64,000 bases of DNA from an uncultured Desulfosarcina sp. (GTDB lineage Bacteria; Desulfobacterota; Desulfobacteria; Desulfobacterales; Desulfosarcinaceae). The notes under the pieces were generated by a model. The model searched no databases and was not told where the DNA came from. It saw only the letters and a program-made list of their open reading frames with translations. The translations under genes and the position numbers were made by a program. Of the stretch, positions 9,366-17,868 are shown piece by piece; the first letter of the stretch is position 1, and each line of letters begins with the position of its first letter. The stretch lies in assembly GCA_963674945.2 (NCBI GenBank), contig CAXXWQ010000004.1:1696001-1760000 (forward strand). Direction: 5' to 3'.

Positions 9366-11210
9366 TTAAGCTGCTGCTCTCTCAGCCAACGTAATGTAAG
9401 GGGAGAGAGTTATGGTGGAATTTGCCGGAGTGATAGCACTGGCAAGGATCGGCTGCGAATCATACCGGTAGACGAATCTTAAACAAGCCTCATCGTACAG
9501 AAATCTGACGTGAACGGAGATATCTTTTTTCAGACCACCCTTGTCGGCAATCACATAGGATTTCGGATCGAAAAGGATGATATCTCCTTTATCGCCAACC
9601 GTCTGGCATTGTTCCATCGGGATTACTGGCCTACCGAAAAGTGTACTGTAAGGTTCACTTGACGCGCCCCCCGCTGGCATATAAACCGGGATTCCGGCTG
9701 TTCCGAGCGACATGTGCATAGACCACAACTGTGGTTCCGCGTCTTGGTTCACAAGCCAGACGGCGGTGCGTCTGTTTTTGGCCGGCATCCGAGCCCACAT
9801 AGCCCTTACATTTTCCCATACAATCGTATCCGCCGATTGGCCGGATTCCTTGGCCACCTCAATCAACGCAGAGCTATTCATAAGGCCAAGGCCTTGGCCT
9901 GAGCCGGTGCCATTGATGATGATATCATCCATCATGTATTCGAATTCATCCTCAAAAGCTTGAGAGACGTAGTTTTCCATGGCGGGTACATCTTCCATTA
10001 ATTCGTCTGTCAGGTAGCACAAGCCAATGAGTTTTTGCAGTTTCAACGCAATTTGCCGGTACTTAGGCTTTGAACCAGTAAATTGATCGGCCTCATTGGT
10101 GTGATAAAGCTGAACGCCACCCCAACGGGAGCCACTTGCTCGGCTGGTCTCATCGACGGCGGGCAAGTTGATTCCATTTTTACCAGCGCCAATGGTGAAC
10201 CGATTGCACATGCCTGGTAGTTTGCCGGTGTCGAATATGCCTTTAATGAGCGAGGTGGAGAAGTCGCTTTGAAGGAGAAAGCCACCTTCACTTAAGGTGC
10301 CTTCATTCAAACCGGATGCGGCCCGAACGTCAAACAACCGGGGGTCGGTCTGCCCACCGGGCGAACCGGCTGCGATAACAGCCCGGAGTTGTTCGCCCAT
10401 GGAATTGAAGGGCCGATGGCTTTCGCGGTTGTCGCCCACTTGGTACCGGGTGCCGCCATTGTCTGTCGGATCGGTGCGGTAAGTGGTATCAATGTCAGTG
10501 CTGGACATATCGGCCACAACACCCCCCACGCCGACGTCACGGGTCCGTTTGAAATGCGGAAATGCCGCAACAACTTCGGTGTCCCAGGTGTTGCTCAAAC
10601 GATTCAGGTTGATCTGCTCTTGCGTGGTCAGTTGATCGCCGCGCTGTTCTTTGTTGTAAAGGGTTTCCATTTCGGAAAGTGTATTTCTCATTTTATCATC
10701 TTTATTCATTGTATTTTTCTCTCTTTTATTGTTGTTTTGATAGGATCGGCCAATACCGACCGAAGGGTCAGCGGGTACGCTCACAATGGAAACCTCAAAT
10801 GGTCGCCATTTTGTCACATAATACCTGCCGTTTTTGACTTGGGATCGTTCCAATATCTCATAACCGACGCTCAAGTAACGTAGCACACCACTTTTCACGT
10901 CTTCTAGAATCTCTTGGGCTTCCTGCCGTCTCCCAAAGGTTAGCTTGCCTTTGAGCTTTTTATCGGAAATCCTAAGATTAGAGACTAAACCAACATTTAG
11001 TTGTCGATGGTCGTGCGAGGTGATAAGGCTCAATGGTTCTCGGCTCAAGTCAACCGCTTCCGGTGCGTGGACAAGAATTTCCTGCCCCTCAAACCTTTCA
11101 ACGGGATACTCAGACGAGATAGAAGCCTCAACGGTCCGACTTTGGTCGTTGGTTTTTCTCAACTCAATTTCAAATGTTCGTTTTTCCGTCTTCATTTCAA
11201 AGACTTTCAT
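9366..11210 (-). CDS. Prohead protease - HK97-fold major capsid protein fusion
   Basis: N-terminal SSEYPVER...H...LSVGY...WRPFEVSIVSVPAD (prohead protease); C-terminal SEGGFLL...TDELMED...IINGTGSGQGLG...TLFGRPV...FVYRYDSQP (phage major capsid). Confidence 0.92.
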   Translation of the reverse strand: MKVFEMKTEKRTFEIELRKTNDQSRTVEASISSEYPVERFEGQEILVHAPEAVDLSREPLSLITSHDHRQLNVGLVSNLRISDKKLKGKLTFGRRQEAQEILEDVKSGVLRYLSVGYEILERSQVKNGRYYVTKWRPFEVSIVSVPADPSVGIGRSYQNNNKREKNTMNKDDKMRNTLSEMETLYNKEQRGDQLTTQEQINLNRLSNTWDTEVVAAFPHFKRTRDVGVGGVVADMSSTDIDTTYRTDPTDNGGTRYQVGDNRESHRPFNSMGEQLRAVIAAGSPGGQTDPRLFDVRAASGLNEGTLSEGGFLLQSDFSTSLIKGIFDTGKLPGMCNRFTIGAGKNGINLPAVDETSRASGSRWGGVQLYHTNEADQFTGSKPKYRQIALKLQKLIGLCYLTDELMEDVPAMENYVSQAFEDEFEYMMDDIIINGTGSGQGLGLMNSSALIEVAKESGQSADTIVWENVRAMWARMPAKNRRTAVWLVNQDAEPQLWSMHMSLGTAGIPVYMPAGGASSEPYSTLFGRPVIPMEQCQTVGDKGDIILFDPKSYVIADKGGLKKDISVHVRFLYDEACLRFVYRYDSQPILASAITPANSTITLSPYITLAERAAA

Positions 11211-11337
11211 TTAGTGGTTTGCGTCCGATCTCGGACAATGCGCATCTGCGCGGGTTTCTGCGCCATCTGGCTAAAAAATCTGTATATTTTTGTAGTTTAT
11301 TTTGACTATATAGCTGTTATTATAGACTTTTATGGTT

Positions 11338-11437
11338 AGGTACCCCCCTATGAAAAACTTGCGACCATATGCGTCTGCCTGCCGCTTCGACGGACAAAAA
11401 CCAATAATGGGGAAAAAATACCCGCCCCCCGCCCCTC
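11338..11437 (-). promoter_or_regulatory. Putative cos packaging site
   Basis: Directly after HNH stop: GGGGCGGGGGGCGGGT-T6...GAAGCGGCAGGCAGACGC...CGCAAGTTTTTCATAGGGGGGTA; layout resembles cos regions of HNH-using phages. Confidence 0.5.
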
Positions 11438-11845
11438 TCATCGCCCAACCATCGCCATCAACTCCTTGACGTATTCCATCACAGCCTCAAGCCCATGCTT
11501 TCTCCGCTCCACCATCTCCTTTGTCTTTTTGTCGTGGCATGACCGGCACTGTGACATAAGGTTTCGCGGGTCGAGTTTTGGCCCGCCGTCCAATATTTCA
11601 TGGATATGGTCAACCGGGTCGCCTTTCTGCATGACAGTTATGATCCCGTTCGCCTTGCACATCTGACATAGCGGATGCTTTTCCCTGTATCCATTCCTGA
11701 GCTTTTTCCATATGCCTGAGCTATAAAATTTATTGTGGTCATAGTCTGGCCGCTGCATTGACACCTGTTTCGAACAGTTTGGACATGGCCGACCGTATTT
11801 GATGATTGCATTGCACCTTGAGCACTGTTTGTTCAGGGCTGGCAT
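11438..11845 (-). CDS. HNH endonuclease (HK97 gp74-like packaging accessory)
   Basis: MPALNKQCSRC...CPNC...FYSSGIWKKLR...HPLCQMC...VDHIHEILDGG...NLMSQCRSCHDKKT. Confidence 0.92.
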   Translation of the reverse strand: MPALNKQCSRCNAIIKYGRPCPNCSKQVSMQRPDYDHNKFYSSGIWKKLRNGYREKHPLCQMCKANGIITVMQKGDPVDHIHEILDGGPKLDPRNLMSQCRSCHDKKTKEMVERRKHGLEAVMEYVKELMAMVGR

Positions 11846-11956
11846 TTGACCCCCATGTCCCATTCTGGCATGATGTCTGTGAGACTGCACATCCGGTCGT
11901 TGGATTCAAGGCGTGGAGAATCCAACCCCGCCCCGTATCCAACGTGAAATCAATCA

Positions 11957-12130
11957 TTATTGGATGGTGCGGTTATCATCTTCCGTGTTTCCCTCTTCCA
12001 GCTTTTCAATCCGACTTTCGAGTATGACCAATCCCATGCAAAACTTTTTCATGACGAATTCAAAATCGATGATCGCGTTTTTCAAGGCGTCAAACTTCTC
12101 TTTCATTTCTGGTAATTCTGAAGCGTGCAT
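11957..12130 (-). CDS. Small hypothetical protein (57 aa, coiled-coil-like)
   Basis: Own translation MHASELPEMKEKFDALKNAIIDFEFVMKKFCMGLVILESRIEKLEEGNTEDDNRTIQ; SD AAAGGA; below ORF-track cutoff. Confidence 0.55.
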   Translation of the reverse strand: MHASELPEMKEKFDALKNAIIDFEFVMKKFCMGLVILESRIEKLEEGNTEDDNRTIQ

Positions 12131-12262
12131 TTTAAAATCCTTTCATGTTGTGAGGGATCACGCTTGACCGACAAAAATCGAGCCGTTGCGTTTTTGAGCC
12201 CTTTTCCCCCTTTTTTTGGATCGAACAGAAAAAAAACCTCATAGCCTGGATTCTATAGAATG

Positions 12263-12449
12263 GTGTTAAAAGTGACACTTGAAGATGAAAAAGGTTCGAA
12301 ATTCGGTATTCTGTATTATTACAATCGGATATCTTGTTCCTTGGCCATCTTGGAGTGTCAATTTTGCCAATCGAAGCTTGGTTGTATATTCGTCTTGGAG
12401 TGTTAAAAGTGACACCCCAAGTGGGTGTTTTCGGTGTCATTTTTGACAC
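12263..12449. repeat. Iteron-like palindromes GTGTYA-N4-TGACAC (putative origin)
   Basis: Copies at 12263-12278, 12400-12415 and 12434-12449, partial at 12355-12369. Confidence 0.7.
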
Positions 12450-12928
12450 CCACTTTTGTTTTTTCTCTTTTGAAGGATCTGTTTTTTCTTTACCGGGTCC
12501 GCCATAAGAGTTGCCCATCCACGGCCTTCTCGTGTATCTTTTCGTCGTGGTTTTTGTGGCGGTTCAAATTCAGGTTTACCGTACTTCCTCCATCGGAAAT
12601 CAATCTTGTATTTGGTCTCTTTCCTGTTATGCCCCCCAGATCCATATTCAGAGATATCCAAAAAACCTTTGGCCTGTAATTCATCTATGGCGTTTCTGAA
12701 GTTGCGCCGGTTGATCTTCTTGAGTTCGGCTGTGGCGTATGGATAGACCAGTTCTCCGTTGTTTTCGATGATCCATTCCTGCTTGTGTGAGAGCCAGTGC
12801 ATTTTCCTCATCCGAAGAAAGTCCAAGTACACCAACATTGACCATTTGTTCAGTGATCGAAAGGCATCGGATCGTAACAATGCCTTGTCGATATAGATGG
12901 AGTCCTTTTTGTTTCTACTTCCTGCCAT
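12437..12928 (-). CDS. Winged-helix protein, putative replication initiator
   Basis: LLRSDAFRSL...NNGELVYPY...FRNAIDELQAKGFLDI...KYKIDFRW; located after alpA and next to iteron-like repeats. Confidence 0.65.
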   Translation of the reverse strand: MAGSRNKKDSIYIDKALLRSDAFRSLNKWSMLVYLDFLRMRKMHWLSHKQEWIIENNGELVYPYATAELKKINRRNFRNAIDELQAKGFLDISEYGSGGHNRKETKYKIDFRWRKYGKPEFEPPQKPRRKDTREGRGWATLMADPVKKKQILQKRKNKSGCQK

Positions 12929-13012
12929 TTTAGCCCCTTTTGTGATGGCCGATGGATACCGGGGCTGTGGTACCCATTTTTTCACTGGTGCCCGCCAGCG
13001 TCGGCCAAGTCT

Positions 13013-13198
13013 CTACCTTGCCGCTGCCTTCTGTTCGATCCACTCATCAACTTCGGATTCGAGCCACCCGGCAGAGTTGCCACCCAAACGAATACGCTTC
13101 GGGAATTTTCCGTCTCTCTCCCATCGCCATACGGTAGGACCGGAAACCCCACCGATTTTTTTTCTCAACTCTGGAAATCGGATAATTCTTTCACCCAT
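13013..13198 (-). CDS. alpA: AlpA-family regulator/excisionase
   Basis: RIIRFPELRKKIGGVSGPTVWRWERDGKFPKRIRLGGNSAGWLESEVDEWI. Confidence 0.95.
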   Translation of the reverse strand: MGERIIRFPELRKKIGGVSGPTVWRWERDGKFPKRIRLGGNSAGWLESEVDEWIEQKAAAR

Positions 13199-13328
13199 TT
13201 TTTCTTGCCCCTTTCATGAAATAAAAATGCCTACCAAGTAGTTTCTTGATAGGCACTGTAATTTTCTGAAAGGCGGTTGTAACTCCGAAAGTTTTACCCA
13301 ACTTTCCGGAAGTTTTTAAGCTTCTGTT

Positions 13329-13865
13329 TTAATAACTATGTTCACCACTCCATTTAGATCTTTGTTTTTTCCAATAAGAATACCACTCGCCGACTTTTGT
13401 ATGGCCACCAACACCTAATTCTCTTCCAACGGTCTCATATAGGTGCACATCAATCGGTATATCAGGGTTTTGCTCTTTTATTTCAATGATTCGAAAATAA
13501 ACATCTAAACTTTTCTCTTTAAATTCGCGTTTTGTACCAATTTGCGTGTTTTTGGGGTGAGGCTTGCCGAAAACATCATCCCAAGATTTTGCTTGATAAA
13601 AAACCTTAGTGGTCCGAAACGCCTTAATATAGGCAACTGAGAGCCACTTAGGCATCACAAAACCGTTATGAGCGCATAAAAAAACACCCTCTGGAATGGC
13701 CGTCGAGTCCTTTGTTTCTGAATAATATTTCTCGACTTCCTCAAGTTCTTTGGCAGCTATCCACCTATCTATAATAGTACGTTCGCCTTTAAAACCATCG
13801 GCCCGTGTCGCATCAACCGCCTCATCAAACGACATGGCGAGGAGTTCTTCTAATGTGTCAATCAT
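13329..13865 (-). CDS. Hypothetical protein translationally coupled to integrase (possible regulator)
   Basis: Real start likely ATG 13865 (MIDTLEE...), overlapping integrase stop; C-terminal HTH-like LYETVGRELGVGGHTKVGEWY. Confidence 0.7.
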   Translation of the reverse strand: MIDTLEELLAMSFDEAVDATRADGFKGERTIIDRWIAAKELEEVEKYYSETKDSTAIPEGVFLCAHNGFVMPKWLSVAYIKAFRTTKVFYQAKSWDDVFGKPHPKNTQIGTKREFKEKSLDVYFRIIEIKEQNPDIPIDVHLYETVGRELGVGGHTKVGEWYSYWKKQRSKWSGEHSY

Positions 13866-15111
13866 GGCGCACCCCCGCAAACTGAATAACCTTCCCACCT
13901 TGTTGTTCGGTATGCCCCAGAATTTCGGATAACCGCTGTTCCCATCTTGCCAGCGCCTGGCGCTTTTCGGCATCGTATGAATGTTGATTATAGACCGCAA
14001 GTAAGCCCTGCAACTTGTGTCCGAGCACTCTCTCAGCAATGACATCGGATATGCCAATTTCAGCAAGTCGAGTTCGAACAGTCCGGCGTAGGTCGTGGGG
14101 AGTGAAAGGTGCATCAAGGCCAATTTCATCATTCCCCTCTTCGTCTTTTCCCCAGTGGCGCAAAATAGCCTTACCAATGGCCGCCCGGCTTAATGCCTGC
14201 TTTGGACGATAGCTGGATCGAAAAACAAAGTCGGTGTCATCAACCGGTGAATAGACTTTGGCTTGTTCGAGCACTTCCAGCGCCATGCGGTTCAATGGTA
14301 CACGGTTTTCCTGACGGTTCTTTGCCCGCTCCTCAGGTATGGTCCAGACCATGGCATTTTCATCGACTTCAGACCAACGCATGGCAGATATTTCACCCGG
14401 ACGCTGACCAAGCAACAGTATAAGTTTGATGGCCAATTTGGTTGGCCTGTAGATGTCAATTTTTATGTTTTCAAGATCCAGTGCTACCCAAAGCTTGCGG
14501 ATTTCCTTATCATCCAATACCCGCGTTCTCGGCTTTTCCTTTGGCCGTTTCATGCCTACCATGGGCGAAAAATCGATAATTCCCCGTTCGGCTGCAAAAT
14601 TCCACATGCGGACCATCGCCGATTGCAATCGACTTGCCCCGACTGGTGCCCTTTTCCGCACCTTATCAATAAGGAGAACCGCATCCCTGCGGGTTATATC
14701 TTTTACCTTACGTTTTCCCCAGGCAGGAATAACATCCTTTTTGATAAGGCGCTTGCGTTCATCGCCCGATGGTTTTTGGGAAAGTTCGACCTTGTAAAAT
14801 TCATCCAGCAATTCCGAAACGGTTGGCGCCGCCTTCATTTTTGCTTTTTTTTCTTTTTCGACCTGCCCAGGATCGATACCATTTTGCAGTTGCTTTATGG
14901 CCTCACCATGCCTTTTACGTGCTTCACCAATACCGATACCCGGAAATTGGCCAAGTGACATTCGTCTCCGGCGTCCGTCAAAGCGATAACGGAATATCCA
15001 TGTTTTTGTTCCGCTTGGTGCAACACGAACAAATAGGCCTTTTCCATCCTGTACTTCGTAACGTTTCGCCTTCTTAGACAACCGATTAACAGCAAGTTCG
15101 GTTAGTGCCAT
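13858..15111 (-). CDS. int: P4-like tyrosine integrase
   Basis: Arm-binding N-terminus DGKGLFVRVAPSGTKTWIFRYR; catalytic GQRPGE, AKN, HDLRR, LGH, VYN; SD GGAGG before ATG 15111. Confidence 0.97.
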   Translation of the reverse strand: MALTELAVNRLSKKAKRYEVQDGKGLFVRVAPSGTKTWIFRYRFDGRRRRMSLGQFPGIGIGEARKRHGEAIKQLQNGIDPGQVEKEKKAKMKAAPTVSELLDEFYKVELSQKPSGDERKRLIKKDVIPAWGKRKVKDITRRDAVLLIDKVRKRAPVGASRLQSAMVRMWNFAAERGIIDFSPMVGMKRPKEKPRTRVLDDKEIRKLWVALDLENIKIDIYRPTKLAIKLILLLGQRPGEISAMRWSEVDENAMVWTIPEERAKNRQENRVPLNRMALEVLEQAKVYSPVDDTDFVFRSSYRPKQALSRAAIGKAILRHWGKDEEGNDEIGLDAPFTPHDLRRTVRTRLAEIGISDVIAERVLGHKLQGLLAVYNQHSYDAEKRQALARWEQRLSEILGHTEQQGGKVIQFAGVRHD

Positions 15112-15132
15112 GGCCCCTCCTTGTACAATCAT

Positions 15133-15159
15133 GGGTACCCGTTTGGGTACCCGTTTTGA
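15133..15159. repeat. Putative integrase arm-type sites (right)
   Basis: GGGTACCCGTTTGGGTACCCGTTTTGA. Confidence 0.75.
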
Positions 15160-15284
15160 CCGTATTTCAGCGGTTTTTTATGAAACCCTATGAAATGCTA
15201 TTTAATAAGTTTTTAATGTTATGTCAATATGTTTTGATACGCATAGAAGGGATGTGAAACGTGGTGTAATCCGACTCTTTTAGA

Positions 15285-15329
15285 TTTGGGAGCAGGGAGT
15301 CGGAAATTCAAATCCTCTCGCCCCGACCA
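15285..15329 (+). repeat. attR core (displaced 3' half of tRNA-Pro)
   Basis: TTTGGGAGCAGGGAGTCGGAAATTCAAATCCTCTCGCCCCGACCA; two mismatches to the tRNA. Confidence 0.93.
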
Positions 15330-15347
15330 CACTATGGCCACAAAGGT

Positions 15348-15378
15348 AAGCCGACGCAAAACGTCGGCTTTTCTTTTC
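15348..15378 (+). terminator. Terminator after attR (probable original tRNA terminator)
   Basis: AAGCCGACG-CAAAA-CGTCGGCTT then TTCTTTTC. Confidence 0.7.
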
Positions 15379-15703
15379 GGTGTTGACCGATTCGTATGCT
15401 TTCCTCAGTTGCTCTGACCCAAACTGAGCGTTTTAAATTACTTAACCATGTAAATTTTTAAAATCGTTGAACATTGGTGCAATATTTTCTCAAAAATTTG
15501 AAACCCTCCGGGAATGCCGATCTCACCGCATCTACGGCGTCAGATGCCTTCCCGCACAGGTAACTATAGCGGGAAACCATCTTCCTTGTACCTGCGGCAA
15601 GCTCGACAATCGCTCAGCTTATGTCTGATAAAGGCTCATGCGTCCGTCTGGGGCCATTCAAAGTCTGGTAGGATTTCGTCGTTAGCGGTTTGCACCCTGC
15701 CGA

Positions 15704-16624
15704 TCAAAACAGCGGAAACAGTTTCTCCAAAATATAACCCACACCCAGCAGAACCTGGGTGAGCAGAATGAAGATGACATTATCTCCCATGGCCGCGATC
15801 AGCAGGTTTCTGTCCTCGTATTTTTTTGATCCGCGCATGGCTTTTATTGCCCATGGCAAGGCGAGAAAGGAGATCAAGCAATATACCGGCATGACGACGC
15901 TGCCGGTTACCAAGGTCGCCAGGACACAGCCGATGATCCAGACATAAACCGCGATGGTAGCCGACCGGAACAACCGGATGGCTGCGTCCATACCGAAAAG
16001 GACCGGTGTGGTTTTCCGGCCCCCCTTCCTGTCTGCCTCCACATCCGGAAATTCGTTGAGCAGAAGCAGGTTGTGCACCAATAAGCCACTGGGGATGGAG
16101 GCAATTAAAACAGACCAATCATACCTGCCGGCCTGGACAAAATATAAACCCAAAATGGGCAAGATGCCCAGCCCCAACCCCGGTGACCATTCGGGCCAGG
16201 GTGTTCTCAGAATCACCGGCGTGTAGAGCACCAGGCACAAGATGGCCACAATCAGCAGCGGCAACAGCAGCAAGCCCTTTACGACGATAAAAAAGATGCC
16301 GATGAACAGTGCCACCACGAAGGTGACGACTCCCACCCAAAGGGCCTGATTCAAGGTGATTCTGCTCTCGGGAACCAGCCCGCTGCCCCCACTGAAGGGA
16401 GTCCGCTTTACATTCAGGTCAATGCCGCTTTTATAATCAAAATAATCGTTGATTGCGTTGACACTGCCATGGGTCAGCATTAAACCGAATCCTGCCAGCA
16501 GGGCATACCATAGATTGACGGGACAATCGTACCAGGCGATGGCAGTGCCGAGAAAGGTGAGTACAATGGAAAGGGTTAAAAACTGGGGTCTTGTTTCTTT
16601 AATCCAAAGCAGCAATGTATTCAT
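15704..16624 (-). CDS. UbiA/MenA-family prenyltransferase
   Basis: RPQFL, NAINDYFDYKSGID, LLNEFPDVEADRKGGRKT; multi-TM. Confidence 0.9.
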   Translation of the reverse strand: MNTLLLWIKETRPQFLTLSIVLTFLGTAIAWYDCPVNLWYALLAGFGLMLTHGSVNAINDYFDYKSGIDLNVKRTPFSGGSGLVPESRITLNQALWVGVVTFVVALFIGIFFIVVKGLLLLPLLIVAILCLVLYTPVILRTPWPEWSPGLGLGILPILGLYFVQAGRYDWSVLIASIPSGLLVHNLLLLNEFPDVEADRKGGRKTTPVLFGMDAAIRLFRSATIAVYVWIIGCVLATLVTGSVVMPVYCLISFLALPWAIKAMRGSKKYEDRNLLIAAMGDNVIFILLTQVLLGVGYILEKLFPLF

Positions 16625-16882
16625 GGCGTTCCAGTTGATAAATAAAATTGGTGAATCAAATTGGTTTTCGGGGCAACAATTCCACATAACACCTCAAATG
16701 AAAAGAAAAAAGTCCACCTTTCCGGGGACATCGACCAGATTGGGGAAATTACGGGACATCCCGTGATTGTTGGGGGCATTCTCTCATCATCATCCAAATA
16801 ACTTTAGTCATCCTAAACTGAGCGTTTCAAATTTTCTTAAATTTTTAAGTTCCTGTTTTCGTATTTAAAATGAAACTTTCAT

Positions 16883-17461
16883 TTATGCAGGAAGGAACTC
16901 TTTTGCCCATTTTGGCAAAGGCTCCGCTTTAACTTCGTAGTCTCCCTCCTTCATCACGATGATTTGTTGAAATGGGTCTTCCCTATATGAATTATCCAAA
17001 ATTCTCGCTTCATCGACAATTGATAAAGCCGTTTTAACATTATTAACGGTTCTGGGTATCCTTGCGTGGATTTTTTCCGTTGGTACGCTGTGCCCTCCTT
17101 CATCTATGCGTTGCTTGACCCTGGCTTCATTCAACCTTGAATCAAATAAATGAATATATACAAGGATGATTCTATAGCCATTGGCTTTTGCACGGCCAAT
17201 GAAGTCTATCTTTGATTCATGAGAAAAAACCGTTTCAAAACAAAAAGAAATACCTTGAGAGATCAAGTCTTCTCTGATCTTTGCGGCGACGGTTGAGGCC
17301 TGAGGACTGGCAGCCTCTGGATTCACGGGATCGATATCTTTCGCTATCAAATCTGCATTTACAAACTTGATGCCGTATTTGGCCAGATACAGCTTGTAGA
17401 ATGTGGATTTCCCCGCTCCATTTCCGCCAGCCAACACCCAAAGTTGTTTTGGAGTGGTCAT
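16883..17461 (-). CDS. Zeta-toxin-like P-loop protein
   Basis: AGGNGAGKST, NADLIA, FETVFS, RVKQRIDEGGHSVP, DNS. Confidence 0.85.
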   Translation of the reverse strand: MTTPKQLWVLAGGNGAGKSTFYKLYLAKYGIKFVNADLIAKDIDPVNPEAASPQASTVAAKIREDLISQGISFCFETVFSHESKIDFIGRAKANGYRIILVYIHLFDSRLNEARVKQRIDEGGHSVPTEKIHARIPRTVNNVKTALSIVDEARILDNSYREDPFQQIIVMKEGDYEVKAEPLPKWAKEFLPA

Positions 17462-17868
17462 TGCAACGCCTTGAATTCACCGTTTTCAAACGAACCGGTT
17501 TTCCTTTCTCCGGTGACGGAGTTTACCCTATCCAAGCAACCGGGGTGCTCGATGCTTGCCTCATAGAATATCTTTGCAGATGTCACATTCTTAGCGAGAA
17601 GTCCTTTATCTCTGTCATTTTCAAGGTCGTTAAAGATATCGTCTGAATCAATAACAACGGATTGAACAGTTGGGGACACTTCTACCTTGATCGTTTTTAT
17701 ACCTTGAGACACGGCAAAAACATCTGCAATATTAATTTTTGATGAAATCGCTTTGCCTATTTTTGCCCAGTATTCGATCTGTTTTGCCTTTGATCGATTC
17801 TGAACTCTGGCCTCGCGCTCAGCTTGAAGCGCTAAATCCTTGTCTATCCGTAATGATACTGTTGTCAT
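17458..17868 (-). CDS. ParD-like (RHH) antitoxin
   Basis: SLRIDKDL...NRSKAKQIEYWAKIGK; overlaps the toxin start. Confidence 0.8.
   Translation of the reverse strand: MTTVSLRIDKDLALQAEREARVQNRSKAKQIEYWAKIGKAISSKINIADVFAVSQGIKTIKVEVSPTVQSVVIDSDDIFNDLENDRDKGLLAKNVTSAKIFYEASIEHPGCLDRVNSVTGERKTGSFENGEFKALQ

Noticed and set aside
11739..11957. 72-aa ORF between the small ORF and HNH
   Set aside because: Overlaps the HNH start by about 100 bp and has no recognisable features; it has a TAATG coupling, so it cannot be fully excluded.
13866..14177. N-terminal extension of the 282-aa ORF-track call
   Set aside because: Lies inside the integrase coding region; the coupled start at 13865 is more plausible.
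15594..15611. 18-bp exact match GCGGCAAGCTCGACAATC also at 57114-57131 (upstream of radC)
   Set aside because: A single non-palindromic match of this length could be chance in 64 kb; no third copy seen.
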